A stretch of DNA of 64,000 nucleotides from Podospora anserina (taxonomy: Eukaryota). The notes under the pieces are model-generated. The model saw only the letters and a program-made list of their open reading frames with translations, searched no databases and was not told the origin of the DNA. The stretch is from NCBI GenBank assembly GCA_017654855.1, contig CM030338.1, forward strand, positions 1,674,001-1,738,000. The letters run 5' to 3'. The position numbers were made by a program, and so were the translations under genes. Numbering within the stretch: the first letter of the stretch is position 1; every line of letters starts with the position of its first letter. Of this stretch, positions 48,289-61,602 are shown in pieces.

Positions 48289-48869
48289 TCAAAGAGCAGC
48301 CTTAACCTGCTGCACGCCCCCAGCACCACCCCCAACCGCAGCCGCAACATCCCCCAGCATAGGATCCTTATTCCCGCCCTCCTGCCCAGGAGCAGTCATA
48401 ATCTCCCCGCCCAGCTCCCTCATCCTCTGCTCCGCCTCCATAGCCGCAAACTGCTGGTCCTCGCCGTACGCCAGAGCCCAGGGGACACCGACCAGTATCG
48501 CGCTCACGCTCAGCGCCCAGGCAGACCTCCCCGCAAAGGTCACGACAGATTTGATGGTCGAGGTGGTAGCCTCGTATTTGGCGTGCACCCAGGAGCGGGT
48601 GGTCGGGGGGATGATGTCTTTCAGGGCGGCGAGACGCTCGGCGAGGGTCTCGGCTGTGGGGTCGTAGTGGGAGTCGGTTGAGATTTCGGAGTCTGGACGA
48701 CGACGAAGCGTCAGCGAGGGCACGTGGGAGGGCGGAAGCGGAGTGGGAAAGGGGAGGGAATGGGAAAGGGGAAGAACAAACCAGTATCAGTGAAATCCTC
48801 CTCGTCCTCATCAGGCCCGACCTGGGCGTGCTGGAAGTGCTCGTCCTCTACTTCTGTGAGTTGGACCAT
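48289..48869 (-). CDS. TOM22: Mitochondrial import receptor Tom22
   Basis: Exons 48869-48782 and 48692-48289: [12 protein letters not shown]...[15 protein letters not shown]...[16 protein letters not shown]...[21 protein letters not shown]. Confidence 0.96.
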
Positions 48870-49493
48870 TTTGGCTTTATGTGGTCTATATGCCTTCCTT
48901 GTAGGAAAGAGAGAGAAGTGTTTCGATTTATAGGTTTGCGCAAAGAAAGGTTGCGCAAAAGAGCCGTCGATTGGTTGCTTGTTGCTGTGGTGGTGGTTGA
49001 TGATGGAATACAACAAATAAATTCAAGGCGGGCGGCGGAAGCGGGACCAAAAGCTTTCTCTGCCGACCTTCTTTTTCGCACCAAAAAAGCACCAAGGATA
49101 TGACGGACTTGCTCTGCTTGAAAAGTTGATGGGCTAAGCCTATTTCGGACTGGGCAAAGAAAATGTGGGGTAGCGGCCAATTGGGTGTTGTGTTTTCTTT
49201 GGTGAAGCTCAGCAACGGTTTTGTTCTCCGAGGGAAAATCTGGATTCTCTTTAAAGGCTTGATATTGATTGCCTTCCTGTCATCATTTATTCGTTCACAA
49301 CGTCCTCAACTCATAAGGTATCTATTACACTATATTAACCATTATGTACCACTCCTACTTATCACCTCCGCTGTCTGATTATCCCCTTGCCCTCCCCTCC
49401 CAATCTCCCGTAAATACTTGGTCAAAAAAAGTATAGGCATTGCCAAAAGCAAAACAAAAAAGCCAAAACGCTACTGAAGCCTATCCATTCACT

Positions 49494-52487
49494 CTACCGG
49501 TTCAAGGTCCCTTCTACGAACCGGATGCGAGGCTTCGGTGGAGGCACTCTAGGGGTATCATCATCCTCGCTGTCGCTCTCCTCCGGTTCACGAGACATTC
49601 CCAGAGCCGCCTCTCGTCTCCTCCGCTCCGCTGCCGTCTCAGCCACCTCCTCACCCGCCCGACTGCCGCTAGGAACACCACGCAAAGCTTCCAATCTCCT
49701 CTTCTTTTCCACCTCCGTCTCGGAAGCTTCCTTGCTCGATGGTCTTGATCCACCGCTAGATCCGCTCGACCGCTCTGGCCCAGGGGAAGTCGCCTGCGGC
49801 TTTGAGCTGGCCCCGGCCGCAGGAGACGCCGAGTTCTTCCTGCTCGCCCCTGGCTGACCCGGAGCCGAGACCTTGATCTGTGGCTGGGTATCGCGCTTAG
49901 CAACTGTCTTGAGTTCCTGCGACGCCGACGACTTGTCAACAACATCGCGGCGTGTGTTCTTGTCCAGCTTCTGCATCTCCACGAGGAAATCCTCCTTCGT
50001 CATGCGGCGACCGACTCCACCAACAGTGAACCGGATATGCTTGTCGTCCTTTTCATCTTCCTCTTCTTCCGGAGTCTTCTTCTTCGCAGATGCCTCGCCA
50101 GCCTGCGATCGTCCAAACGCAGTACTAGCCCACCTGCTGAGATTGGGCCTCTGTGAGTGGCCCTGTGTTCCTTCTCCCGAAGGGCCTGCCTTGCCTTGAT
50201 CGCCTTGAGACTTTGGCGTGGATAGGTCGTACTTCTTGACGACCTCGCCGTCTTCGTTTTCAACAATAATCTGCCAGTGGTGTTAACTCTTGGTTTTGAT
50301 GTCAGATCACGCAGGTAAACTTACAGTTGTACCATATTGGAAAGCACGGGCCGGCTCGCCCTTCCGAGCTGTTTTTTCCTTCTCCTTTCTCTTGGCGAGT
50401 TCTTCCTCTCGCCAGTTGGCCACCCGGTGCTTCAGGGCATTGTAACTCCATCCCGAAGGTCCGGCCTCGGATTCCAACTTTGACTTCAGGTCCTTGGCAT
50501 GTTCCGCAACGTTGTTACCGCTCTGCGATGGATGCACCGCCAGGACGTCGCCGTCGGCGTTCTCAATGATGATATTGTCACCTTCGTTGTACACTTCGAT
50601 AGGATTGCGGTGCTCGTCTCCGGGAGTGCCCATGTTAGGCGAGCCAGCACGGGTAGAGTCGCCAGAAGCCTGATGATGTCGTTCATGCGGGGTGGGGGAT
50701 CTCGCCGCACGCTCGTCGACGGGCGTGATCTGCATAGAGTCCTGTTGTGCGTCATGAGGTTGGGCAGGGCTTTGGGCTACGGGCGGGAGGGGTGTTTGTC
50801 CTTCACTCGGGGTGCGGCGTTGAGGGAAGATGGCTGATTGACTGATAGGTCCTCCTGGGCCAATTCCATCATCCCACATCTTTTTCCTCCGTTTCGCAGA
50901 CCTGGACGACGGTCTACTGTTCTGACGACTGCCGCTCTGCTTCTCGTTGTTTTCGTCTTCCCGTACACGACGCAAGAAGTTATTTGGATAGCCGATAGGT
51001 GGCAACGTTCCTGGAGGATAATCCGGCATCTTGAGCTCTTCGCCATCTGTATCAGACATAGTTCTGGCTTGAGAGCGCGACGTTGATGTGATGCGAGGTA
51101 ACCGCGACATCCAGGTAGGCCCATCCTCGTTGGCCTGTGTGTAAGACATGGTGATGCTGAGCGTGTTGATATGCTTGCCCAGAGTAAACACGGCAATCGA
51201 AGAGCCGTGCACAATGATGGAGGCAACAACAAGGAATGCAACAATGGGCCAGACAACTCTGATCAAATCGTAATGAGGCGATCCAGGATCGGGAAGCTTG
51301 GTTAACGGGACTGGACTTTCCGATTCAAGCTCTGCCCGAGCCAGCATGGCCACAAAAACAGCACCCACACCAATGGGGCCAAAGTGACCTGCAAAAAGCG
51401 CTTCACGCCACGTTTTGAGGTCGGGAATGATAGGTTTGAGAGCCATCATGATAGGGATTCGTCGGAACAGAATGACGAATACGGCGAGCACTACCAGCCT
51501 CCAGGCGTAGAGTCCAATGGCGTGATCGTTGAAATCTTCCCAGGGAATGATGGTTCCGAAGTAGATGAAGTAGGTCAAGTTGATCAGCAAATCGATAACG
51601 TTGGAGACGTGAGAGTCCTCGGTCTTTTGCGTAAACCAACCATCGTTTGAGAAGCCCACACCTGCTGCAAAGCCAACCAGCAAATCGTCGAGACCCAGGA
51701 TACTGCCAGAGCCAGCAGCGAACAGCGCCAAAACGAAGTAAAATACCAAGAAGCTCTCCCTGTCGATCAGATCGTGCTTTTCTGCGTACTTGATGCCGTG
51801 ACGGGCCATATATCCGATGATGAAACCGTAAATCGCACCAAAGATGCACTCATACAAGACGGTGTACAAGAACCAGTGCTTGAGAGCCACCTTGGCGTTC
51901 AGCTTGTCGTGAATCAGATATAATGCCAGGTAGACAAATGGGAAAGCCATGCCGTCGTTGCAGCCAGACTCTGCCGAGAGGAGATCTCTCAAATGCTTCG
52001 GCACCCTCTTGGCGAACTTGCCCTTGCCAACAACAGACGAGGCCAGAACTGGATCAGTAGCCGTGACACAGGCGGCCACCACCAGGCTTTCGATCCAGTT
52101 CAATGGTGGAACCAACCACATGATAAACACACTCGTGATGAGCCAGCCGAAGAGCATGACCGGGATAAGCAATAGGGTGACGGATTTCCAGTGTTTTTCC
52201 ATGTAGAACTTGGGCAACTCGACGCCCACAGCGAAACATTGCACTACCAGAACGATTCGAGAAAACTCGATGGTGATGATATCGACGCTATCCCAGTCTT
52301 TCGTAGGATTTATGACATTGGCGACGTGAGGCCCAAAGATGATGCCGCATAGCGTAGCAACTGTGGCCTCGCCAATGTACATGCGCTCCTTGATGACGGA
52401 GGAGCATAGCATGAAAATGGTGGTGAAGCCTCCCAAAATGAGGTAAATCAGGTGTGGACCTGTGACCGAGAGGTGATCCCAGACCAT
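49494..52487 (-). CDS. NHA1: Plasma-membrane Na+(K+)/H+ antiporter (CPA1, Nha1/Sod2 family)
   Basis: Exons 52487-50325 and 50270-49494. Many TM helices with ATDPVLA, AESGCNDG, GHFGPIGVGA, followed by a long hydrophilic C-terminal tail. Confidence 0.95.
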
Positions 52488-54763
52488 CTTGAATGGCGGG
52501 TAGCCGACGACCGGCTAAAAGTCGACCGGGAATTCGTGATGTCGGAGGTGATGAAGATGTAAACCTCCACTGTATAGCAGTGTTGTTGATGAATTTGTTG
52601 TAGAGAGCGAGGTGAACTCAATGACCTCAGCGGTTCATAAGTCACGAGCTGCCGAACAGACGCGGTTGTTGCTCGTCGTTTCTAGGACTGAGGCGGTTAG
52701 ATTTGACTCGTCCAAGCACAGGCCAAAATATGAGCTAGGTCAAAAGAGCGAGTAACCTTGCGAGTCGATGGCTTGTCCGGCGCGTCTGGGGCGTCTTGTA
52801 GTAGGATGACAGAAGAAGGTGTAAAAAAGAAAACAAAAAACAACTTTTCCTCTTTTCCTCGTTGCCTTGGCGGCACGGTCAAAGTCAATAGCCACGCTCG
52901 GAAGCTGGGAAAGAGGGTCCAGGTCCAGCCGACGAGGGATCGAAGGTTTGGAAGGAGCGTAATCAAGTCGAAAACGGCGACCAGACGTTGAGAGAGCGAT
53001 CCAATGCGCTTTGGGGTATCGGTAAAAGTATTTATGAACTGAAGAGAACGAACAGCACCCATGGCTTAGCTTTATAGTCTATCCAACCCAGAAGACACTT
53101 GCTCAAATCTTGGGGATAGCCTACCAGGATCCTTGCCACGCAGCTTACTAGTGCCGGGTTGTGGTTATGGATGTGGCGGTTTGTTCTTTTTTGGTGGGCC
53201 CTCAAGGTTCCAACAAATCAACCACACTTCGGGCAATCGGCTACAAAGCTACCCTGTGTATGATGTCGTCCATCCCAGCTATCACAAGCTGCGGCATCTG
53301 CGTCATAGAAGCATTGAACAGTCACCAAAAGAGCCCAAGTTTTGGACATAAATAAAGAGAGAGCGGAATCCCCGATGCCCTTCAGCGAGTTTGATCTGGT
53401 GTAAGCCCGGAGTGTAACAACGGACCAGATGTCGATTGCTTCTCATCCGAGATTTCGCTCGGGCGCATTCAAACTCACAAGTGGCTTACTCACAGCCCTA
53501 CCCATACCAACCAAGTGTCTCAATCCCCCTCGATAACCCGCCGTTGACTGCTGTGTGACCTCCGTCCGCGGCGCCGCAGGCGGAAGACGATTTCGAAAGT
53601 TGCCAATTACAGAAACACCTGCATCCTAAGCGTCGGGCTCCAATTCCAGCAGGTTGGTGAGATGTCTCAGGATTTAGGCGAAGTCATTCGCATCCAGCAG
53701 CAGCCGAAGCTGCAGAATTCCGGTGACGGCTGGGCATTTCTGTCGTCGTCGTCGTGGAACCCTTTCCGCCAAGTTGTGCCCAGGGATGCCCAGCCCTCGC
53801 TCAACGAACCATCTTTCAGAAGAAAAGGCTTGAGTGGTCTTAGCTTTTGCTTGTCCACGGGCAAGCTCTTTTGCCAATGCTGAGCATGCTTGGCTCTTCC
53901 CTGCCTGCCAAGAACAAAGAACAGATCAACAACCACAGAGCAAAAGATCACGAGAAGAACGCCTTTCGAGACGGTTTGCATGTAAATGCGGAAATGGCGG
54001 TGTCGGCACTGGTTGTAGTTGAATTCTGGAAGCAGGTCACAAGGTCATGGCTGGTGCGGAGAAAATCCAATTGTCCAACCACAACCCATGATGTGGATGA
54101 AGGTGCATGCACAGACCACATCTTATTATCCCGACGTTCTAAGACTTCAAACCCTCACTCACTGTTTCGAAAAATTTGTATGTACGGTTCTTGAGCCATT
54201 GCTTCCATTGGTGAATGTCTTGCCGTGATGGGTGTAAGAGAAATCCAGGTGTGAGAAGAAACATGTGGCTTCTAATCTAGTAGAGCATGTTTGACTCAGT
54301 TTGCTATCACCATTGTTGGGGTCTGAATGTCGTATTACCGATGGGGAATGGTGATTTGGGGCTGATGGAGCTGAATGATAAGGGTGGAGCATTGAGGCTG
54401 GTATCTTTGGACTTGAAGAATACGAACACTGGGCTTTGTGTACTCGGACTCCAATTTGAGAAGACGAGGGTTACCGGTGAAATAAGGGTTAGGGTTATAG
54501 TGCACAAGTTGGCTGTTGCACAAACACAAGATTGTTCCCCTGGGTAAGTGGGGCCGGGCCCTGATCTTGTGCGCACGAGCAGCCCCCCGCGTTTGCAAGT
54601 CAGCGCTTTTCCAAGACGCGAAGCGCCAAAGCGAGACGCGCTCCGGAAGGAAAGGCTGATCCGCGTGCCTTCCATCCAATACCAAGCCCAAATGGAGCAG
54701 CCCCAGACATTTTGAACCTGGATTTTCAGACACGACTTTGCCCTGAGTGGCTTCGCTCTGTAT

Positions 54764-57573
54764 ATGCCTGGTCTTACCAGTCATCTCCTCCATCGAGCAC
54801 TCCCAACCCTCGAGAGGAATCCCGTATTGTCCGCACGTTGTGTCCCGAAGTTTCGGGCCTATGTGCACTCGGCTCGGCTGACCACTCAACAACCTCGCCC
54901 TCCGCAAGCCACGCCTGTATCAACAGCAACAAAGCCGACGCCGACGACAACCGCCACAATGGGAATGTTTGAGAGGGCCACCGCCGCCGCTGCGAACCAG
55001 CAGTCGCAGAACTCGTCTCGTAATGCTAGTCTCAAGAAGCAGCTATTCCCCTCGAGTAGTCCGAATCCAGTCTCGACGTCGACTGCTAAGGTCGATGAGA
55101 TGTTCCTCAGAGCCAGCCAGCAACCACCATCAGCACACCGTCCATCCCAGTTCTCGAGTACCACGAACCCTTTGAACAGCCAATCGTCCAACATCTCCCG
55201 CCCTCCTGTCACCAACCCCAAATCCAATACTCTCTCATCCATCTGTTCAACAAACGGGTCTTTTGCGGACAAGGTAGAAGTGATCCACATTGCGGATGAC
55301 ACCCCGCCACCACAGAACTTCACAAATGAGTGGGACTTGGACGAGGACGACTTTAGCGATGAGATCGACTTGGATTGGGAAGCCCCCTCTGCTCTGCCAG
55401 AAATCCCCCGTGCTCCACCGAAGAGTACCCCCCAGATATCCGACCTGCCCATCCCGACGAGCGAGGCCACCTTGACGTCCTGGCCCGACTCTTCTCCTTC
55501 GCATTTTGCTCCCCCTCGAGCTCGAGCCCAGCCAGCCCCGCAAGCCCCGGCACCGAAACGAGAGTACCCATACCACGCCCAGCAGGCCCCCGAGGTTGTC
55601 AAAAAGCCCAAGAGAGAGCTTCCGCCGGCGTGGAAGAAGGAGCAGGCCATCACCATTGAAGATGAGGAAGCCCATGATCACCGCGGCATCAGCGAGGCGA
55701 CCCCTGACGCAAAGCCCAAGGCCACTTCCTTTTGGGATGCAACCGCCAGTGCTGTAAAGGCTCAGAAGAAACAGCTCAAGACGCAGCAGAAGGGACCTGG
55801 CGGTGGCAAGCCGGTCACTGACGACGTATCCTGGGATGATGTGCACGATGCTGTGGATCAACATGTGAAAGCAAGCAAGTCTTCCAACGCAAAGGCTGCC
55901 GCTATCCAGCTGAGCCAAGAGCAGCGTCATGTCAAGAATCTTGTTGTGGAAAAAGGTCAGAGTGTGTTCTTCACTGGTCCGGCCGGTACAGGAAAGTCGG
56001 TCTTGATGCGATCCATCATCACCGACCTCAAAAAGAAGTACGCCCGCGACCCAGAAAAGCTTGCTGTGACGGCGTCTACCGGCCTGGCTGCTTGCAATAT
56101 TGGCGGTATCACGCTCCACAGTTTCTCGGGTATCGGTTTGGGCAAAGAGGACGTCAACACCTTGGTCAAGAAGATCAGGCGGAATCCCAAGGCCAAGAAT
56201 CGATGGATTAAGACAAAGACGCTTATCATTGACGAGATTTCGATGGTGGACAGTGACCTTTTCGACAAGCTTTCTCAGATTGGTAGGATTCTACGCAACA
56301 ATGGACGTCCATGGGGTGGTATCCAACTGGTCATTACGGGCGATTTCTTCCAATTGCCTCCGGTGCCTGAAGGTGGCCGGGAGCACAGGTTTGCTTTTGA
56401 TGCTGCTACTTGGAGTCTGTCAATCGACCATACCATTGGTTTGACCGAAGTGTTCCGACAAAGGGATCCTGGTAAGAGGCTCTGTCCTGAAGTGATTTGA
56501 ATAAAACGCTTACCGGAGTCACAGGATTTGCCGAAATGCTCAACGAAATGCGGTTGGGGAAAATCAGCGACAAGACAGTGAAAAACTTCCAGGCCCTGAA
56601 ACGACCTCTTACCTTCAGTGATGGCATCCAGGTTACCGAACTGTTTGTCACCCCTCTTGTAGAAAGTCTGGCCAGTTTGTTAACGACTCGGTTTAGGTTC
56701 CCCACCAGAAGCGAGGTAGAGCGGTCCAATAAAGCCCGCCTGGACTCTCTAAAAGGGTCGCCTCACACTTTCCAAGCTGCCGACCAGAGTACACTTCCCG
56801 AGAACGTTCGGGAAAAGCTCTTTTCCAACATGATGGCACCTCCTACGCTCGATCTGAAGAAGGGGGCTCAAGTCATGTTAATCAAGAACATGGACGAGAC
56901 TCTAGTCAACGGATCTCTTGGGACCGTGGAAGGATTTGCCACCGAAGATCAGTTTGGTATCGACAATGGTCTTGAAGATGAGTCTGACACCAAGAAGCGA
57001 GTCCGCGCTTTTACCAGTGCGCTTGAGAACAACAAGAACGCTGTCAAGTACCCTGTGGTCAGGTTCCACGCTGTGGACGGGTCCCAGCGCGTTCTTCTCT
57101 GCGTCCCTGAAGAATGGAAGGTGGAGCTTCCCAATGGAGAGGTGCAGGCATCCCGGAAGCAGCTTCCCCTGATTTTGGCATGGGCCCTTTCGATTCACAA
57201 AGCTCAGGGTCAGACCATGGAGCGTGTCAAGGTTGACCTGAACAAGATTTTCGAGAAGGGGCAGGCGTACGTCGCGCTCAGTCGTGCCACCACGCAGGAG
57301 GGCCTGCAGGTGCTCAACTTTAACAAGACCAAGGTGATGGCACATCCGCGTGTTATCAATTTTTACAATAGTTTGTATGGAGCGGACGTGGCGGTGAAGA
57401 AAAAGACGGGGACGTTGGACGACTTTGCCTATCAGAAGCCGGCGGTTGCTGCTCCAGCGAAACCGGCTCTGGCGAAACCTGCGGCTGCTCCGGCGGCTAC
57501 TACACAGCGGCGGGCACCTGTGTATGATGATTTTGATGCGGATGAGGAAGAGGCCATGGCCTCTTTTGGGTGA
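54764..57573 (+). CDS. PIF1: SF1B 5'-3' DNA helicase Pif1
   Basis: Exons 54764-56471, 56525-56642 and 56697-57573. Motifs: FFTGPAGTGKS, TASTGLAA, IIDEISM, GDFFQLPPV, VFRQRD, QLPLILAWALSIHKAQGQT, GQAYVALSR. Alternative in-frame ATGs at 54959 and 54965. Confidence 0.96.
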
Positions 57574-58649
57574 TTTATGCAAGATGGTTGGCCTGTCAGG
57601 GTAGGGTTGGAGTAAGAAGATTGGCATGGCATGGCGTTTTCTTTTTGGGAGAGGTTTGGAAGCATTGTGATAAATAGGTTGTCTGGGCATGTATTCATTT
57701 TGAGTAGTATTTTTTCCATTGGGGGGGTAAGGACATCACAGCTCGACAGCTTTTGAGGGGGGTAACATTAGGAAGGAGGGATGGATGATGATGGAACGGG
57801 GACAACTTGGGAGATGCCCTGGGGGAATAAGAAGCTCCTATGGGTATGAAAGGGAGATTTGTATGTCTGAAGTATCAATGATGAGAAGGGCACTGAAGAC
57901 AAAGTAGTAGCTATTGTGTGTGTGTGTTTATCTGTTTGGCATCTATAAGATGTGGTGTTTAAGGGAATAAAGACCAGGCCTGCTTTGTTTGTTCCTTGTT
58001 TGTGCCTTTCTAGAACATTTTGACCCGGAAGCATGGGAAGGCAAACTTGCATGAGACTGAGTTGTGCAGTTTGGTCTCACAAAACGATTCAGGGACCGTA
58101 TAACGGTTGCACGACAGAGGGTGTGTCGTCCCCGTGTCGCCTGGTTTTAAAAGGTTTGGGGGGGGGAAGGTGCCCCGCGTTCTTTTGCAGGTGGTGGTGT
58201 GTGCATTTTTTTAGGTCTTGGCAGAACAGCGGAAGGGGGCCTGGGCTCGGCCGATTATTTGTAACTGGATCTGAATTTATCGATAAGAGAGCAAAACGAA
58301 CTGTCAACGGGGGAAAGTTGCGACGACCACCACCACCACCATCACCTACCGACTTGCAGAAGAAATTAAGGTCCCGTGCAAGCAGGACAGCGGGACAGTG
58401 GGCACAAACTTTCACTTACTGCACACACACAAAACAAATTCGGTGGGAGAGAGAGAGGGATATCAGACCGACTAAACGATTCTCTTTCAACAACCGACCG
58501 ACCAGCCCAATAATCGAGTTCCCCCCTCCCGAAAAAAAGAAAAAAAGAAAAAAAAAAGAGGACTTTAAAATCCAGTTCACGAAAACACCACCCCACCCCC
58601 GAGGGTCACGAACCCAACATCCACCACCCCAAAGCCTCGCCCATCCATC

Positions 58650-61216
58650 ATGGCCGAGTTTATTGGCCTCCAGATGCTGGTTACCCTCAGGGGAAACCCG
58701 CAGCCGGTCAGGATCCGGGGGACGGTCAGCGGTGTGGAGGCTGGGAATAGTTTGACGTTGAGTAATGGTAAGTCTCCCCCCTCTTTTACTCCCACTTGTG
58801 ATGGTTGCTGATATTATTCGCAACAGTGTGGTTCCTCCAGACAAACGAGTGGAAACCCCAGCTCAGCATCTCGGCGAGCGAAATCCTCGATTTGAGTCAC
58901 GATCCGAGTCAATACGCCCCTCGTCAGCCGGTGGTGCCCGTGCCTGTTTTCAAGCAAGAACCGCCGGTTAAAATCAAACAGGGACATGAACCTGCCGTGT
59001 TTATCGACCCTGCGATTGTTGCTGTGGGGAAGAGGCCTTCGGTTTCGAGTACTGGGCCGGGGAAGGTGGTTGTTCCTGTTGTTGTGGACAGAGATGCGAC
59101 GCCTACACGGACGGTGAAGCAGTTTCATGCTCAGGCTCAGGGACTGGAGTCGGATGAGGATGGGGCTGTTGGGGGGGATGCGGTTTTGGACTATGGGCAG
59201 GTTGCTGGTGGGGGGAGGGGGAAGAAGACGCGACCGCCGAGGAAGCAGAGGGTGAACAAGTTGAGTCAGGAGGCTACTGGGGAGGTTGAGTCGTCGCCTC
59301 AGCCGGCGGTGAAGACGGCGGGAAAGGGGAAGGGGTGGAGGCAGACGCCTATGCTGCAGAGCACGCCGAGCTTTCAGCCTTTTAACTCGTTGAAGAAGGT
59401 TACCAAGGGTGGGAGGGCAACGGCGGATAATAATGGGTGGGCTTCGGAGGATGTGACGGATGTGCAGGAGATGGGGGATTTCGACTTTGAGACCGGGTTG
59501 GCCAAGTTTGATAAGCAGAACCTGTTTGAGCAGATGAGGAAGGAGGATGTGGTGGATGAGGCGGATAGGTTGGTGTCGCATAACCGGATTCCGAAACCGA
59601 AGCCGGGCACGGCGGGGGGCAAGAATTTGCATTATTCGGAGAATGTGCTGGATCACCACCAGAAGACGTTTACGCCGACGATACTCAAGCCGAGTAGGGA
59701 GAAACTCATACCCAAGGAGCCGAGCAATGATTTCTGGAACAGCGAGGCGGATGATGGGGCTATGAATGGGAGTGAGAAGTTGAGCGATAGGGCTACGGTT
59801 ATGGGGAGCAGGCAAGGGTCACGGAGGGGAGAGGGGAAGATGGCGTCGAGCAGGAGGAGTCAGTCGCGGAAGGCGAGCGCTGTGCCGGGACAGCCTGGAG
59901 GCGGCCCTAGCAGGGTCAATTCTGGTGTAAGCCATTATCATCACCGCACGTCGTCTCTTAAGGGGAGCAGGCCGAGCAGCCGTCTTTCGTCACGGACTGC
60001 GGTCGGGGGAGGCAGTGGGATGTCTGTCATTGCTGACAAGAGAAAGCAACAGCTCTCGGCTACGGCTGCTACTAATGCACATCACGCCCCGCATCAGGGG
60101 TTGTATGTCCTGCCGTCTAACCGACGAATCGAGACGATCTCGGCGCTGCAGATGTTGAATCTGGAGAACATTGCTCATAATGAGATTGGGCTGACGGAGG
60201 AGATGATGACGGAGAATGCCGGGAGGGGGTTGGCGGAGGTGGTTGTTGGGACGGTGCTGGCTGATCCGGCGATCAAGGTTAGGCAGGGGAGCATCGTTGA
60301 TGCTGCCACTGGGGTCTTGCCCCCTCCTACTGTGGTGGTGTTGGCTGGAAACAACAAGAGCGGCAGCCGAGCTGTTGCCGCGGCGAGACACCTCAGAAAC
60401 AAGGGAATCAATGTTTTGGTCTGCGTGGTTGGGTTGGAGAGAGGGGAGAGGGACCTGCTGGAGGAGGTGAGGCAGCAGGTCAGGCTGTACAAGAACTTGG
60501 GGGGGAGGGTGTTTGCCAAGGGAGAGTTCTTTGAGCACATCAGGAAGATTAGCATACCCATGCTGACGATTGACACGCCGAGGACGAGCCTGGGTAGTCT
60601 GGCCAACCCAGCGCCGGTGATGCTGATTGTGGATGCGCTGTTGGGGCTGGCGATCAGCTTTGAGGAGCTGAGGAATGGGGACCAGGCGACGGTGTATGAG
60701 TTGGTGGAGTGGGCGAACAGGAACGAGGCTTTTGTGCTGGCGGTGGATGTGCCTACTGGTGTTGATCCGAGCTCTGGGATGGTGAGCGTGGTCGATGGGA
60801 ACAGGCTCTACGTCAAGCCGAGATATGTGGTGTCGATGGGGGCGCCGAAGAAGGGGTTGTTGGAGGCGATGGTGACGGCTGATATCAATGAGGGGGAGGA
60901 TGATATTGCTGTGGCTTCTGCGGTGCCGGACTTGGGGGAGGCGAGTTTGGCGTTGGACGATGTTGTCAGTGAGTGGAGGTTGTTTTTGGTGGATATGGGG
61001 TTGGGGCCGGCGGTTTGGAAGAAGGCGGGGACGAAGATGAGAAAGGGGGTGGACTTTGGGGAGAGGTGGGTGTTGGAGATGAAGTATAGGGGGTTGAATG
61101 GGACGAATAGTGGTCCCGAGGGGGATCCTGAGGAGGGGAGATTTGAAATGTGGGGGGGGGGGGTGGTTTATCCAACATCAGGGGCGGCGTGGCTGGCTTA
61201 TCTCGAGAGCGTTTGA
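58650..61216 (+). CDS. EDC3: Enhancer of mRNA decapping Edc3 (LSm, DFDF/FDF and YjeF_N domains)
   Basis: Exon 1 is 58650-58767 (MAEFIGLQMLVTL), intron 58768-58826, with a probable second intron at 59927-60052. Motifs: DFDFETGLAKFDK, RLVSHNR, ENAGRGLA, LAGNNKSG, AVDVPTG. Confidence 0.92.
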
Positions 61217-61602
61217 AGCAACTTTGGAAGTCTTTTTATTCAGCATTTTGGGAGGCGTTAATGTGTCTTTTCATGCTCTCGAGCCATGGAAGCAGGGCGT
61301 TAGAGGTTCTGGCATTTTCAGGGTTCAACAAAGCGGGAAGCGAACCGAACATTTTCCTTTGCATGGGGACTTGGGGGCTTTTTCACATTTAATGTATGTA
61401 GAGCATCAACACAGACATTTGCATGGGAGAGAGAGGGTGGGGAAATAAACAACATTTGATCATTATCCATTTCATTCATTTGTGTTTAGTTTTGCAGCAT
61501 GCCTTCCTTCTATCCACCTCTTTTCTCTCTTTGATCTTTCTCTCTCCAGTAATTATCCAACCACGATGTTCAAAGCTGTCCCAAAGCATAAGGCTCATAC
61601 TA

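Noticed and set aside
53662..54228. Short ORFs in the NHA1-PIF1 spacer
   Set aside because: No family resemblance; a small orphan gene can be neither excluded nor supported.
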